In this document: positions 32,201 through 41,865 of the stretch, in pieces
Layout of the letters: the number at the start of each line of letters is the position of its first letter
Numbering within the stretch: position 1 is the first letter of the stretch
Source: a virus
Virus record (IMG/VR): IMGVR_UViG_3300045988_108426
Coordinates: 1 to 60,573 of that record
Strand: one strand, 5' to 3'
Length of the DNA: 60,573 nucleotides
The notes under the pieces: generated by a model
What the model was told of the DNA's origin: nothing
The model's input: the letters and a program-made list of their open reading frames with translations, nothing else
Database searches by the model: none
Translations under genes and position numbers: made by a program

Positions 32201-34848
32201 GCAAATGGGCTAAAGGCTTGAAAAAGATTACCTCAATTATGGGTACTTCTTTAAATGGTTTTGTTGAAAAATTCAAGTGGAAAGGTTTAGGAAAAGCTAT
32301 CGGCAATTCTATTAAAACCGCACTTGAAGCTGAAACAAACTTCTTTAAAAAAGTAAACTGGGTAAATCTTGGAAAAGGTTTGTCGAAAACTCTTAACTCA
32401 GCAATTAAAACAGGTGTATTACAATCTTATTTTAAATCAATGGCATCCAAATTAAGGGCGGCTATCGAAACAGCATTTGGAGCAATAACAACTTTTGATT
32501 TTAAAGGTCTTGGAAAAGCGTTAGGTCAAGGTATAAACGACTTCTTTAAGACAATGAACAAGAAGAATAAGCAGACTGGACTTAGTGGTTGGCAGGAACT
32601 TGGAAAGAGTTTGAGTGACGGAATAAAAGGCATAGCAGATAGTATTACGACTGCACTTGATACTGTTGATTGGGAACAAGTAGGACAGGTTATTGCTGAT
32701 TTTATCGGTTCTATTGATTGGGGTGGAGTTATTTGGTCACTAGGCAAAATGGCGAAATCTTTAGTTAAAGCAATAGGGACAACGATTACAGCACAAACAA
32801 AAGAAGACCCAGTTTCAGGAATAATCACAATAGGAATTTTAGGATTTACATTAAGAAAAGGATGGAAAAAGCTACTTGCAATATTGCTTGGAAGTAAAAT
32901 TGGAAAGTCTAAATTAAGTGTAGGACTTTCAAGAGTTTTTGCTGTTATAAAAGCATGGTCTATATCGAAAATAAGCAAGGCGGCTAAGGCTCTTGCAACA
33001 AAGATTAAATCAGGAATCGGCAAAATAGTTGTCACATTTAAAAATGTATATGCAAGTATTAAAAATTGGATAGCAAACGGAGCAAAAATAAGTGATGTTA
33101 TAAAAGCTGTGAAAACAGCATTGGGAATACAAAAAGGTTTGACGCTGTCAAATATTGCTGTAAAAATCGCTACAAAACTTCCAACATTAGCAAATCCCGA
33201 TATGGCGGCTGATGAACTAGCAAGAAATATTGATGAATGGTTTACAAACAAAATTTGGAAGCCACTTTGCAAAAAAGTTTCTTGGCTTGATGAAAACTCA
33301 CCTATGGGTGTTTTTCAAGTACCTGTAAAATTAGCTATAAAGATAGGCACAACAATAAAAGACTTTTTCGGAGATACTTGGGATGATACGACAGCCATGA
33401 CATCCGGAATTGATGTGGGAAACGATATGGCGAACGGAGTTTTAAAGGGGTTTGCTAATGCGTTGGTATATCCTGCAAATTTCCTTTACAATCTTATTGT
33501 AAAACCTGTCAAAGAAGCATTAGGAATACATTCTCCGTCAACGGTATTTAAAGAGATTGCTGGATTTTGCGTTGATGGTTTTATGAATAATTTTAATTTA
33601 AAGGACAAAATAAAAGAAAAACTTCAAAATTTAGGTAAAGCAACTATTGAACTTGGATTAAAAATAAAAGGCAGTTTTGACGATAAAGCCAAAGAAATCA
33701 AGGAATGGTGGAACGGCAAAAAAGAAAAAGTGAAAACTTTAATGGCTAAAGCAAAAGGAGAAATTAGTAAAAAATTCGATGAAGTTAAAGAAAAATGGAA
33801 TGGATTTAAGGAAAAAACTAAAAGTGTTATAGCCAAAGCTAAAGGTCAGGCAGATAAAGTATTCAGCAAAATTGTTGATGGTTGGAATAACTTTACTGAC
33901 GGGACAAAAACTCTTTTTGCTAAAGCAAAGGGTAAAATCGAAGATAGCTTTAGCAAAGCAAAAGAAGCATGGGCTAGTTTTACTGAGGGTACTAAAGAAA
34001 TTTATGTATATGCTAAAGGTAAAATTGAAGATAAATTCAAAGAAGTGCAACAAAAATGGTCTGAGGTCAAAGGCGGCACAAAGGAGTTTTGGGCTAAGGC
34101 AAAAGCAACAATTTCAGATAAGTTTGACGAGTTATCCGAAAAATGGGGAAAAATAAAGTCCAAAGATGCGATTGTCACTGCAAAAGCTACAATTAAAGAT
34201 GGCGTTGACAAACTCGGTAGCATATGGAAAAGCGTTAAAACCAAAACGGCTACCTTAACAGGAAGAGCAGAAGAAAAAACCAAAGATGTTTTTAAGTCAA
34301 TAAAAGATAAATGGAAAGAATTAACGAGTAAAACAGCAGTTTTAACAGCTACTTTTAAAGATATGTTCACAGCACCGTTAAAAAAGGCTTGGAATGCTAT
34401 TGCTAGTGCAATTAACAAAGGCATTAAAACTATCAATAAAATACCGGGAGTTAGTATTCCCTCAGTACCTAAGTTGGCAAAAGGCGGTATTTTTGAAAAT
34501 GGTTCGTGGCACAACATAGCAAAATATGCAAATGGCGGTACTCCAAACATGGGTCAGCTTTTCTATGCAAGAGAAGCAGGTCCCGAACTGGTAGGCACAC
34601 TCAAAGGCAGAGGAACAGCGGTCATGAACAACGACCAAATCGTTGCGTCAGTATCGCAAGGTGTGTCAGACGCAGTATATAATGTTATGACACCTGTTTT
34701 AACAAGTCTTGTAACAAGCATAAACCGCATGAATAGTAGCGGCACTCCTTTGTATGTCGAGGGTGTTTCTGAGGGTGATATAGTCAAGATAACGCAAAAT
34801 GCCAACAGTAATTACAAAAAGCGTTACGGCAAACCTCTTTTCACTTAG
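29281..34848 (+). CDS. Tape measure protein
   Basis: 1855 aa, coiled-coil-rich with hydrophobic central segments and internal tandem repeats. Canonical position. Confidence 0.9.
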   Translation: MELDSLELKVSAEAQSAEKALDSLIGKLQSFSKALGGINTTSISKNLENLAKVGGLKTVTKEVEDLGKTVDNVGKKKTKTDVKVDVKQGLEAIAELQKRFENADKDIRFTGSTKQLEKQYDRLSNSLQKLFIKENAALDLGKASTGDEKFVKLERNIQSTINQLDTLKSKITEVQKAEQASKAQFFERENAKANQENKTAMMIPPESEIKKAAETYQKNMEKISSDTLPKHTGWDSQAELLKALKQSREGTTGALEGYDERIKKATADLKAVEKSGKGMGTDEWDRAYIALQKVAAEAKQYKVNLNERATGIVADISATDSLNIKVNKLRESLKQLKADGVDFGDTKFDKTYQQLVKTEQELKQYKNSLTETKTVLQGFDERIEKAKANLANIQAGGKGMGTSEWDKASMALTKLEDEARRYKAALDQKALGLDTDIKSTDNLETKIKKLNLAIEQMRNRGIGFGDTNFDKLYQQLNQAEKELAEYKARLTESENSTRSFGSTLKSAATGFSNFISKIKNVGAATLNFAKNVRNMKSPLKLAVGQISKLGNAVARLYFKYLMLTRVAGALGKVLGISSDYIEEYNYFQKAIDKIAQENKGNYKKYGYDDAKSYADSFEDRLTTLTGKMTGYKIGKDGDLLDTGTASLGLDITQITNFEAQIAQMTNSVGMMGEASIATSKAMTMLAGDMSSLTNMPLDTVMKNFSSGLSGAAMAVKKYGMDISVAALQETALGLGVKKNVSDMTQAEKEYLRVITMLQQSKVAWGDLADTINQPANQFRMLKSNIKQCGLMLSRLFMPVIQKVLPWLNAMAMAVKDLMKYIGDLFGLKFDSSLGSTDSGTSDTYDDVSDSADNAADSINNAADAQKKFNKQLQGFDKLNNLTTNETSKSDSDKDKNGTGNVSGVLSDALINAVEDYEKRWNKAFKSMTSDADNLKEKIEKLFTTAWDTGDGTEIGEALATTLNKGIDWVNENTSKWAKGLKKITSIMGTSLNGFVEKFKWKGLGKAIGNSIKTALEAETNFFKKVNWVNLGKGLSKTLNSAIKTGVLQSYFKSMASKLRAAIETAFGAITTFDFKGLGKALGQGINDFFKTMNKKNKQTGLSGWQELGKSLSDGIKGIADSITTALDTVDWEQVGQVIADFIGSIDWGGVIWSLGKMAKSLVKAIGTTITAQTKEDPVSGIITIGILGFTLRKGWKKLLAILLGSKIGKSKLSVGLSRVFAVIKAWSISKISKAAKALATKIKSGIGKIVVTFKNVYASIKNWIANGAKISDVIKAVKTALGIQKGLTLSNIAVKIATKLPTLANPDMAADELARNIDEWFTNKIWKPLCKKVSWLDENSPMGVFQVPVKLAIKIGTTIKDFFGDTWDDTTAMTSGIDVGNDMANGVLKGFANALVYPANFLYNLIVKPVKEALGIHSPSTVFKEIAGFCVDGFMNNFNLKDKIKEKLQNLGKATIELGLKIKGSFDDKAKEIKEWWNGKKEKVKTLMAKAKGEISKKFDEVKEKWNGFKEKTKSVIAKAKGQADKVFSKIVDGWNNFTDGTKTLFAKAKGKIEDSFSKAKEAWASFTEGTKEIYVYAKGKIEDKFKEVQQKWSEVKGGTKEFWAKAKATISDKFDELSEKWGKIKSKDAIVTAKATIKDGVDKLGSIWKSVKTKTATLTGRAEEKTKDVFKSIKDKWKELTSKTAVLTATFKDMFTAPLKKAWNAIASAINKGIKTINKIPGVSIPSVPKLAKGGIFENGSWHNIAKYANGGTPNMGQLFYAREAGPELVGTLKGRGTAVMNNDQIVASVSQGVSDAVYNVMTPVLTSLVTSINRMNSSGTPLYVEGVSEGDIVKITQNANSNYKKRYGKPLFT
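30049..30774 (+). repeat. Tandem ~363-nt (121-aa) duplication inside the tape measure gene
   Basis: GYDERIKKATADLKAVEKSGKGMGTDEWDRAY... is repeated as GFDERIEKAKANLANIQAGGKGMGTSEWDKAS...; borders are approximate. Confidence 0.7.
33670..34370 (+). repeat. About 8-9 degenerate ~27-aa repeats (KxxW..F.E.TK...AKAKGKIEDKF) in the tape measure C-terminal third
   Basis: The periodic AKAKG/KW motifs are visible in the translation; borders are approximate. Confidence 0.6.
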
Positions 34849-34852
34849 AATA

Positions 34853-34888
34853 TTGCTATATCGTGCTGAATGTGGTATGATATAGCAA
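34853..34888 (+). promoter_or_regulatory. Moron promoter TTGCTA-17-TATGAT (TGn extended) embedded in a perfect 10-bp inverted repeat
   Basis: -35 at 34853-34858, -10 at 34876-34881. TTGCTATATC (34853-34862) is the inverse of GATATAGCAA (34879-34888). Confidence 0.65.
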
Positions 34889-34913
34889 ATATTTAAAAGG
34901 AGTGTGAACGGAT

Positions 34914-35732
34914 ATGAGAAAAAGTTTTTTTACAAAAATTGCAGCATTTTTAGGGATAACAACTCTTGTTATCTCCAGTACCTATACTACATCTTATGCA
35001 GTATGTAATCACAGATGGGTTTTAGATTCTAGTTTTAGTGAAAAACCCACATGTTCTGAGGCGGGTTATAATTGGTATGATTGCTCTATTTGCGGCGATT
35101 CTAAGAAAGTGACTGTTCCAGCGACAAGAATACATAAATGGACTGAATGGAAAGCTGATGGCTATTTATGTGAGGATGGAAAGTGGGAAAGATATTGCAC
35201 TGAATGTTACAAAGAAGAAACAAAAGCAAGACAAGGTGATGGCTCACATTTATGGTCTGATTGGGAAGTGTGGACAGAGGCTGACTGTTTAAACAAAGGA
35301 CAGGAAAGCAGATATTGTTATAATTGCTCTCAAAGAGAATACAAGGATATTCCAGTTGATGACACAAAGCATGATTGGAGTAGTTGGAGTACATTGTGGG
35401 ATGAAAGTGTAGAACCTACAATTTTTAAAAGTGGAAAACAGACAAGACATTGTTATACTTGTTCAAAAGTAGAAATAAAGAAAATACCTAAATTAAAGGC
35501 AACAGTTTCAATATCATGCAAGAGCAAAACTTTAAAAGTAGGTGAAAAGCTGAAATTAAAAATAAAGAAAAGAACTTATCCTGATGTATTGAAAAGTTGG
35601 ACTACTGACAACAAAAAAGTTGCTAAAGTCAATAAAAAAGGAAAAGTTTTGGCTGTTAAAAAAGGGAAAGCTACGATAACTTTAAAAATGAAAAGTGGTT
35701 GCACAGCAACTTGCAAGGTAAAAGTTAAATAA
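34914..35732 (+). CDS. Secreted protein: signal peptide, four H-x-W...C..C repeats, C-terminal Big_2 Ig-like domain
   Basis: N-terminal KIAAFLGITTLVISSTYTTSYA; repeats HRW/HKW/HLW/HDW each followed by CxxC; C-terminal LKVGEKLKLKIK...VAKVNKKGKVLAVKKGKATITL. Confidence 0.6.
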   Translation: MRKSFFTKIAAFLGITTLVISSTYTTSYAVCNHRWVLDSSFSEKPTCSEAGYNWYDCSICGDSKKVTVPATRIHKWTEWKADGYLCEDGKWERYCTECYKEETKARQGDGSHLWSDWEVWTEADCLNKGQESRYCYNCSQREYKDIPVDDTKHDWSSWSTLWDESVEPTIFKSGKQTRHCYTCSKVEIKKIPKLKATVSISCKSKTLKVGEKLKLKIKKRTYPDVLKSWTTDNKKVAKVNKKGKVLAVKKGKATITLKMKSGCTATCKVKVK

Positions 35733-35750
35733 AAAGTAGGTGTTAAAAAA

Positions 35751-36257
35751 ATGAATAATGGTAAGAAAAAACATAATATATTGTGGACGATAGTCGGCAT
35801 TGTAATAGCACTTTATGTATTGTCGGTAATCGGGAATGATAACTCAGATGATGATATGAAGCAAATAGAACAAAGTTATACTTTACAAGAAATGAAGAAT
35901 AAAAGTGTATCGTTTCCGTACAAAAAGGTTGCAAGAGAGCCTAAAAAATATGATGGACAATGCTTTAAGGTTAATCTTTACATTAGTGATGTAATAAACG
36001 ACAGCGTAAAAACAGGATGTGACAAGTATTATAAAGCATATGTGTATAACAAGAAAGAAAAACAGGAAGATTATGATAAATTTGTTTGGCTGTATGATTA
36101 TCAGACAAATGATGATAACCTTAATATATTAGAGGGTGATGTTATCGAAGCATATACTGTTTTTAACGGAATGGGAGATACTGAAAATTCTCTTACTGGT
36201 GAAAAAACAAAAGATGTTGCATTGGATTTACATTATGCTAAATTGATAAAAGAATAA
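35751..36257 (+). CDS. Membrane-anchored protein (moron gene 2)
   Basis: N-terminal TM segment ILWTIVGIVIALYVLSVIG followed by an acidic linker. Confidence 0.55.
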   Translation: MNNGKKKHNILWTIVGIVIALYVLSVIGNDNSDDDMKQIEQSYTLQEMKNKSVSFPYKKVAREPKKYDGQCFKVNLYISDVINDSVKTGCDKYYKAYVYNKKEKQEDYDKFVWLYDYQTNDDNLNILEGDVIEAYTVFNGMGDTENSLTGEKTKDVALDLHYAKLIKE

Positions 36258-36277
36258 ATTAAATTTTACAAAACCAC

Positions 36278-36305
36278 AAGACGGATTTAATATCCGTCTT
36301 TTTTG
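36278..36305 (+). terminator. Rho-independent terminator closing the moron
   Basis: AAGACGGAT-ttaat-ATCCGTCTT followed by TTTTT. Confidence 0.85.
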
Positions 36306-36347
36306 ATGCAAAAAAATCATTAACCTTAAAAAGTTAGAGGTAGAATT

Positions 36348-36797
36348 ATGGCATTTTCAAAAAGTAAGGGTCTTGTTTCCATTGCTACAGGATATAGTAA
36401 TGGAAATTATGAATATACAAAAATAGACCAATTTATAGCGGCAGACAATTTAAGCATTACAGCGGACCGGGCACAGGATTTAGATAGTTATGTCAATGCG
36501 AACGGCTATTTAAAAAGAAATGTTTTAAAACATATGCGTGACGGAATTTCTTTTTCGACAGCCTATATGGAGTATGGCAAACACGAGAAGTTCATGTCAA
36601 TACTTAGAACAGGAGAAAAACAACCGGGATGCACAGCTTCGCCCGAAAAGAAAATTCGTATCAGATATTTTAATGAATGGGAAAACGATTATAGCACAGG
36701 ATTTTTTTATGTTCCGGATGTTGAACACAAATACGGTGGAACATATAAAGGATTTCCTACCTATTTACCGACAACATATGAATTTATCGAGTATTAG
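36348..36797 (+). CDS. Distal tail-like protein
   Basis: 149 aa, the first gene after the tape measure/moron; position-based call. Confidence 0.4.
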   Translation: MAFSKSKGLVSIATGYSNGNYEYTKIDQFIAADNLSITADRAQDLDSYVNANGYLKRNVLKHMRDGISFSTAYMEYGKHEKFMSILRTGEKQPGCTASPEKKIRIRYFNEWENDYSTGFFYVPDVEHKYGGTYKGFPTYLPTTYEFIEY

Positions 36798-36809
36798 CGA
36801 GGTGATAAA

Positions 36810-39620
36810 ATGCTTAATTTGACAGATAGTCAAAAAGAGAGTTTTTATAAAATTGGTGCGTATTTTAATGACTATGAATTTTATTTTCACGACTTAGATT
36901 ATACAATCACAAACGAAACGCTGCATCAAGAAAGCGTGACAATTAAAGAAAGCATATGTGATAGTGAGGATTTACAACTTGGCGGCTGTATTGCATCATC
37001 GTGTGAGTTTGAAGTATCAGAACTTGCAGGAAAAGAACTTGCAGGACTGGAATTTACGGCAAGATTATTAGTAAATGATGGAAAAGATGCAGTTGTACAA
37101 ATGGGAAAATATCGTGTAGACAGTGCGAAGCGTGTAGATGAAAAAGATTATCGAAAGATAACTGCTTATGATGCTTTATATGATGCTCAAATTGATGTTT
37201 CTGAGTGGTATAATAAAGTCTTTTATGTTGTATCACAATATGAGGAATTAGTGGCAGTTGGCGATATTGACGATTTGTGGGAACATGGTGAATATACAAT
37301 AGACAATTCGGGAAGTAAGCCCCCCGAAGTAGCTTTTTTCTTAAATGGTGCAGTACCTGAAGAAGCATATGACACAACATATCTTGATACATCAACAGGT
37401 AAATTGTATGAAGCACAAGATATTAACAAAGATGATGATAGTAAGGACGAATTGTATCGTTGGATTGAGGTGTACCAATGCAAGAGAAAGACACAAACAA
37501 AGTATATTTACGCAACGACAACACTCAAGAAACTGCGTGAAAGTTTGCTAAACTATTTGAATATTCCTTTTGTTGAGCAAAATCTGATAAACGATGAGAT
37601 TACAATTTCAAGAACTATCGACACAAACGAAAACGGAGAACTGCTCGGAACGGATATGCTGAGATATATATGCGAGGTTAATGCCGGTTTTGGTAAAATG
37701 AACAGAGAGGGAAAGTTTGAGGTCATTTCATTGCTAAGCCCGGGACTATACCCGGAAGAAACATTATACCCGTCAGAAGAATTATATCCGGAGGACCATT
37801 ACGAAGTCATTGCGAGTGATGAAAATTCAGCAAGCTACATATCAACAAGCTATGAAGAATATGAGGTAGAGGGTATCACGGGGGTTATCATTAAAGGCGA
37901 TAGTGACAATGTCGGGGAGCTTGCAGGCGCAAAAGATAATCCTTATGTAATCAGCGGCAATCCTCTTTTGTATGGCAGTATAGCCGAAAAGTTAAAAGGG
38001 ATAGGACAAAAGATTTATGAGCAAATAAAAGGATATATATATCGTCCCAATACAACAGCACTTGATGGACTTCCGTACTTGGAAACAGGCGATTATTTTG
38101 TATTGATAAAAGAAAACAGTGATGATATAGGCTCATTTATTTTTTCTAGGACATTAAGTGGAGTACAGGCGTTAAAAGATACTTATGAGAGCAAAGGAAA
38201 CAAACTAAGAGTAAATGAAGATGTTCAAACATCAGAGTTAATGTATTTACAATCAAGAACGGCTAAAATTCAAAAGAGCGTTGACGGTGTGTCGATTGAG
38301 TTGACAAACTTAGAGGAAAATACAAGTTCAAGATTTGAACAAACAGCAAATAAGATTGAAGCTGAGGTTATAAGAGCAAGCAATGCCGAAGGAGAACTTT
38401 CGGGCAGACTGACAATTACGGCAGATGCAATTACACAGGAAGTCACCAGGGCGAAAGCCGAAGAAGCAACATTGAGCGGTAGAATAAATGTCACAGCGGA
38501 ACAAATTACAGCCGAAGTAAAAAGAGCCGAGAACGAAGAAAATAGCATAAGAACAGCACTTACATTAAAGGCTGACAGTGCAGAACTGGGATATTACCAG
38601 ACAAAAGCTGATATGACAAATTATGCTACGACTACTTGGGCTGAGAATCAGATAAGTAGCAAAGTGTCGAAAGGGGATGTATGCAGCGAGATAAATCAAT
38701 CATCAGAGCAGATTGTTTTGAAGTCAAACAGGCTTGTTATCGACAGTACAAATTTTAAATTAGATGCAAACGGTAACGCAGATTACAGAGGAAACATATC
38801 TGCCAGTGATGCTAAATTTTATAACATAACAGGCTTTGGAGGGATGATAAGCATTGTCTCTGGAAGCAGTTTTTCAGCGGGAACAGGCGGCTACCAAAGA
38901 GATACTTATGGATATATCAAGGTACATAGTGATGATGGTACAGCAAACTGTTATGTTCAAAGTGATAAACTTATAGGAGACACAATAGAAGCCGGAAGAA
39001 TCAACGGTTCAACTGGATACTTAGAATTGCACGGTTACACAAAAGCAAAAATGTTTGTATTTAACGATGAAGCATACGGCATTGTTCTCGATATGAATAG
39101 TAATCGTGATTTGCATTTAAGACCAGCATCTAACGAAGATACAGACTGCGGTTCAGCATCTTATAAATGGCGAAATTTGTATTGTAAAAATGGCACTATA
39201 CAAACATCTGACAGAAACGAAAAAATGAACATATCGGATATGTCAGAACAATATGCAAATGCAATTATTGATGATGCTTCACCAAAAACATATATGATGC
39301 TTAACAATGAAAGCGGAAGAACTCATGCAGGAATGATAGCACAGGATTTAGAAGAACAGTTATCAAAAAACGGTATGAGTTCAAAAGATTTTGCAGGGTT
39401 CATAAAATATGAAAAAGAAGATACTAACGGAGTTCCAACAAGTGAATACGGCTATGGAATACGCTACGAGGAATATATAGCACCGCTTATTAAGTATTCT
39501 CAGTGTTTAAAAAGAGATTTGAAGCAGGAAATAGAAAGAAATCAGCAGTTACAATTTCAACTTTTAAATTTACAAGGTGAATTTATGATATTAAAACAAC
39601 AGATTTTAGGAGGAAAATAA
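36810..39620 (+). CDS. Tail tip/fibre protein with C-terminal intramolecular chaperone (Peptidase_S74) domain
   Basis: 936 aa; coiled repeats (AEGELSGRLTITADAITQEV / EEATLSGRINVTAEQITAEV). The C-terminal TSDRNEKMNISD...HAGMIAQDLEE...YGIRYEEYIAPLI is typical of the S74 autoproteolytic chaperone. Confidence 0.7.
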   Translation: MLNLTDSQKESFYKIGAYFNDYEFYFHDLDYTITNETLHQESVTIKESICDSEDLQLGGCIASSCEFEVSELAGKELAGLEFTARLLVNDGKDAVVQMGKYRVDSAKRVDEKDYRKITAYDALYDAQIDVSEWYNKVFYVVSQYEELVAVGDIDDLWEHGEYTIDNSGSKPPEVAFFLNGAVPEEAYDTTYLDTSTGKLYEAQDINKDDDSKDELYRWIEVYQCKRKTQTKYIYATTTLKKLRESLLNYLNIPFVEQNLINDEITISRTIDTNENGELLGTDMLRYICEVNAGFGKMNREGKFEVISLLSPGLYPEETLYPSEELYPEDHYEVIASDENSASYISTSYEEYEVEGITGVIIKGDSDNVGELAGAKDNPYVISGNPLLYGSIAEKLKGIGQKIYEQIKGYIYRPNTTALDGLPYLETGDYFVLIKENSDDIGSFIFSRTLSGVQALKDTYESKGNKLRVNEDVQTSELMYLQSRTAKIQKSVDGVSIELTNLEENTSSRFEQTANKIEAEVIRASNAEGELSGRLTITADAITQEVTRAKAEEATLSGRINVTAEQITAEVKRAENEENSIRTALTLKADSAELGYYQTKADMTNYATTTWAENQISSKVSKGDVCSEINQSSEQIVLKSNRLVIDSTNFKLDANGNADYRGNISASDAKFYNITGFGGMISIVSGSSFSAGTGGYQRDTYGYIKVHSDDGTANCYVQSDKLIGDTIEAGRINGSTGYLELHGYTKAKMFVFNDEAYGIVLDMNSNRDLHLRPASNEDTDCGSASYKWRNLYCKNGTIQTSDRNEKMNISDMSEQYANAIIDDASPKTYMMLNNESGRTHAGMIAQDLEEQLSKNGMSSKDFAGFIKYEKEDTNGVPTSEYGYGIRYEEYIAPLIKYSQCLKRDLKQEIERNQQLQFQLLNLQGEFMILKQQILGGK

Positions 39621-39621
39621 A

Positions 39622-39867
39622 ATGGTAAAATTAAACAAACAAACTACAGTAACAGGAGCATGTGTATTAACAGTTGATGGCAAGGAAGAACAGGTGGCAT
39701 ACATGAACGCTTCAATTCCAGTCGGTGGTGCACCTAATATTAGTCGTGCTATTCAGAATGTAGAGTTGTTCAATGCAAACAAAGAGGAAGTATTAAAAGA
39801 CTTTGCGGCATTTGACAATTATGTATATAGCCTTATGGAAACAGAGGAAACAAAAACAGCAGAATAA
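39622..39867 (+). CDS. Hypothetical tail-module protein
   Basis: 81-aa ORF starting 2 nt after the upstream stop. Confidence 0.5.
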   Translation: MVKLNKQTTVTGACVLTVDGKEEQVAYMNASIPVGGAPNISRAIQNVELFNANKEEVLKDFAAFDNYVYSLMETEETKTAE

Positions 39868-39880
39868 GAGGTGACACACG

Positions 39881-41332
39881 ATGGCAGTAGTAAAGGTTTA
39901 CACCCGAATAAATTGGCTTAATAAGTCGGAAAGTCTGACAACACCGCTTGGAAAAACAAATCTCAATAAGATGGATAAAGCAATAGACACTATCGACAAC
40001 GAAGTAGTGTCTATTTCTGCTAATGTAAATGCTATTGATACGACAAAAGCAGATAAAACACAACTTAATAACATGGTAACTGATATATCTTTTAACGACA
40101 AAAATGGTGTTATCAGCATAACAAAATATAACGGTACAGTTTTGAACATTGATACCGCAATGGAAAAAATAGCCGTAAACTTTGAATATAACGCACAGAC
40201 GCAACAGCTTATACTTACACTTGAAAACGGTGAAAAGCAGTACATTGATATGTCGGCTTTGATTACTCAGTATGAGTTTAAAGGCACTGATACGATAGCC
40301 TTTAATATAGACGATAGCGGAAAAGTGAATGCGTCTATCAAAAATGGCAGTATAACAAAAGCTATGCTGTCAAGTGAAGTTATGTCGGCTATAACATTAT
40401 CAGAAAGCAATGCGGTTGCATCGGCACAGGCGGCGTCTCAGTCGGCTACAAATGCTGATATGGACGCTAAGTTATCTCAGTCGTACAGCGTTGGTAAGAG
40501 TGGTATTCGTGACGGGGAAGATACTGACAATGCAAAATACTATTCAGAGCAGGCAGAAAAATTTGCGAATGAAGCAAAGGACATAGTCGGCAGTAATTTT
40601 ATAACTCAAGCTGAAAAAGGTGTTGCAAATGGTGTAGCTGTATTAAATGCTAACTTAGCAGTTGAAAAAGCGGTGGCAGATGAAGATGGTAACAACATTC
40701 AAAATACATATGCTAAAAAGACAGAAATAGGAGAAGTTATAGAAGTTGACAGCAAGTTATCGACAACAAGCACAAATCCAGTACAGAACAAAATAGTAAC
40801 TGCTGCGATTAACAGTGCAAGCCGACAGGCAGGTGTTGCGAACGGTACATTAGCTCAGTGGCAAGAACAAGGTAGAATACCAAATGGCATTGTAAACAAC
40901 CTTGTTACGACCGAAGAGGGATATGCACTTGATGCAAGACAGCTAAATAAAAGTGTGGTGGGCAGTTTCGCCGAGAGTGTTGATAAAAGTATCTCTGCAT
41001 TAAACAATGCCTTAAAACCATTCACATTTATAAATGTTGCTAGTGGAACCCAAAATGTTATAGCATTTTATAATTCAATTACAAAAATGATGTTTGTGAG
41101 TTTTAATTATAATATAGCTCGTGTAAATGAACCAACAAGTCTAGTTATACTTAACGACAATGCTCATACCATAGATACTGATAAATATAGATTCCCCGTT
41201 AGTGCTTGGGATGGTACAACCGGAAATATAGTATTATCGTATGGATATGTATCCGGACAAAACATATGCATATATGCTCCACCATGCAATGAATTTAATG
41301 CTTATGCTGCATTTTTTTACCATTGCAAATAG
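39881..41332 (+). CDS. Tail fibre / receptor-binding protein
   Basis: The N-terminal TPLGKTNLNKMDKAIDTIDNEV is typical of Firmicutes prophage fibres; Ala/Ser/Gln-rich shaft; distinct C-terminal domain. Confidence 0.65.
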   Translation: MAVVKVYTRINWLNKSESLTTPLGKTNLNKMDKAIDTIDNEVVSISANVNAIDTTKADKTQLNNMVTDISFNDKNGVISITKYNGTVLNIDTAMEKIAVNFEYNAQTQQLILTLENGEKQYIDMSALITQYEFKGTDTIAFNIDDSGKVNASIKNGSITKAMLSSEVMSAITLSESNAVASAQAASQSATNADMDAKLSQSYSVGKSGIRDGEDTDNAKYYSEQAEKFANEAKDIVGSNFITQAEKGVANGVAVLNANLAVEKAVADEDGNNIQNTYAKKTEIGEVIEVDSKLSTTSTNPVQNKIVTAAINSASRQAGVANGTLAQWQEQGRIPNGIVNNLVTTEEGYALDARQLNKSVVGSFAESVDKSISALNNALKPFTFINVASGTQNVIAFYNSITKMMFVSFNYNIARVNEPTSLVILNDNAHTIDTDKYRFPVSAWDGTTGNIVLSYGYVSGQNICIYAPPCNEFNAYAAFFYHCK

Positions 41333-41368
41333 TATTTAACTCTATATTGATTTTATATAAAGAAAGGA

Positions 41369-41728
41369 ATGACTATTATGAAAATCAAATTAAAAGACAA
41401 TACAGAACTTACAGTAACAGATGCTTGCACATCAACATCAATAGTAGCTGAGTTTAGCTCAGCTGAGGAAATTGAAGATTTCCGTAAAAAACTTACAGAC
41501 GAGAATTTATCATCTTTTGCATATGTAAATGATGACGGAACGATAGTAGGAGAATATAAAAACTGCACTTTTACAAATGTCACTTATGCAGAAAAAGGCG
41601 GCAAGTTTATGGCTACATACAACATCCGTCAGTACAGTGACATGGAAGTAAGATTAAATGTACTGGAAAAAGAACAGACCTTACAAGGCGATGCCATTGC
41701 AAGTATGTCAGAAACAGTATATTCATAG
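41369..41728 (+). CDS. Hypothetical tail-module protein (XkdW-like position)
   Basis: 119-aa ORF; an alternative start is at 41378. Confidence 0.45.
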   Translation: MTIMKIKLKDNTELTVTDACTSTSIVAEFSSAEEIEDFRKKLTDENLSSFAYVNDDGTIVGEYKNCTFTNVTYAEKGGKFMATYNIRQYSDMEVRLNVLEKEQTLQGDAIASMSETVYS

Positions 41729-41742
41729 AAAGAGGTGATAAT

Positions 41743-41865
41743 ATGAATGGAATTGTAAAATTTTGGGCTTACAGAATAGGCTTTGATTTGTCGAGGATTG
41801 ATGAAGTCCCAAACAAACTTAAAACACCGGTCAGCGAATACATAGCTCAAAGCATGGCAGATTAA
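41743..41865 (+). CDS. XkdX-like small protein
   Basis: 40 aa (MNGIVKFWAYRIGFDLSRIDEVPNKLKTPVSEYIAQSMAD), GAGGTGA SD, below the track cutoff. Confidence 0.5.
   Translation: MNGIVKFWAYRIGFDLSRIDEVPNKLKTPVSEYIAQSMAD

Noticed and set aside
29259-34805. Many antisense ORFs inside the tape measure gene (e.g. 29259-29777, 31257-31679, 32526-33272, 34002-34550)
   Set aside because: They are mirror frames of a long Lys/Ala/Glu-rich repetitive gene. They show Ser/Phe/Leu-rich low-complexity translations and no SD, which is typical of shadow ORFs.
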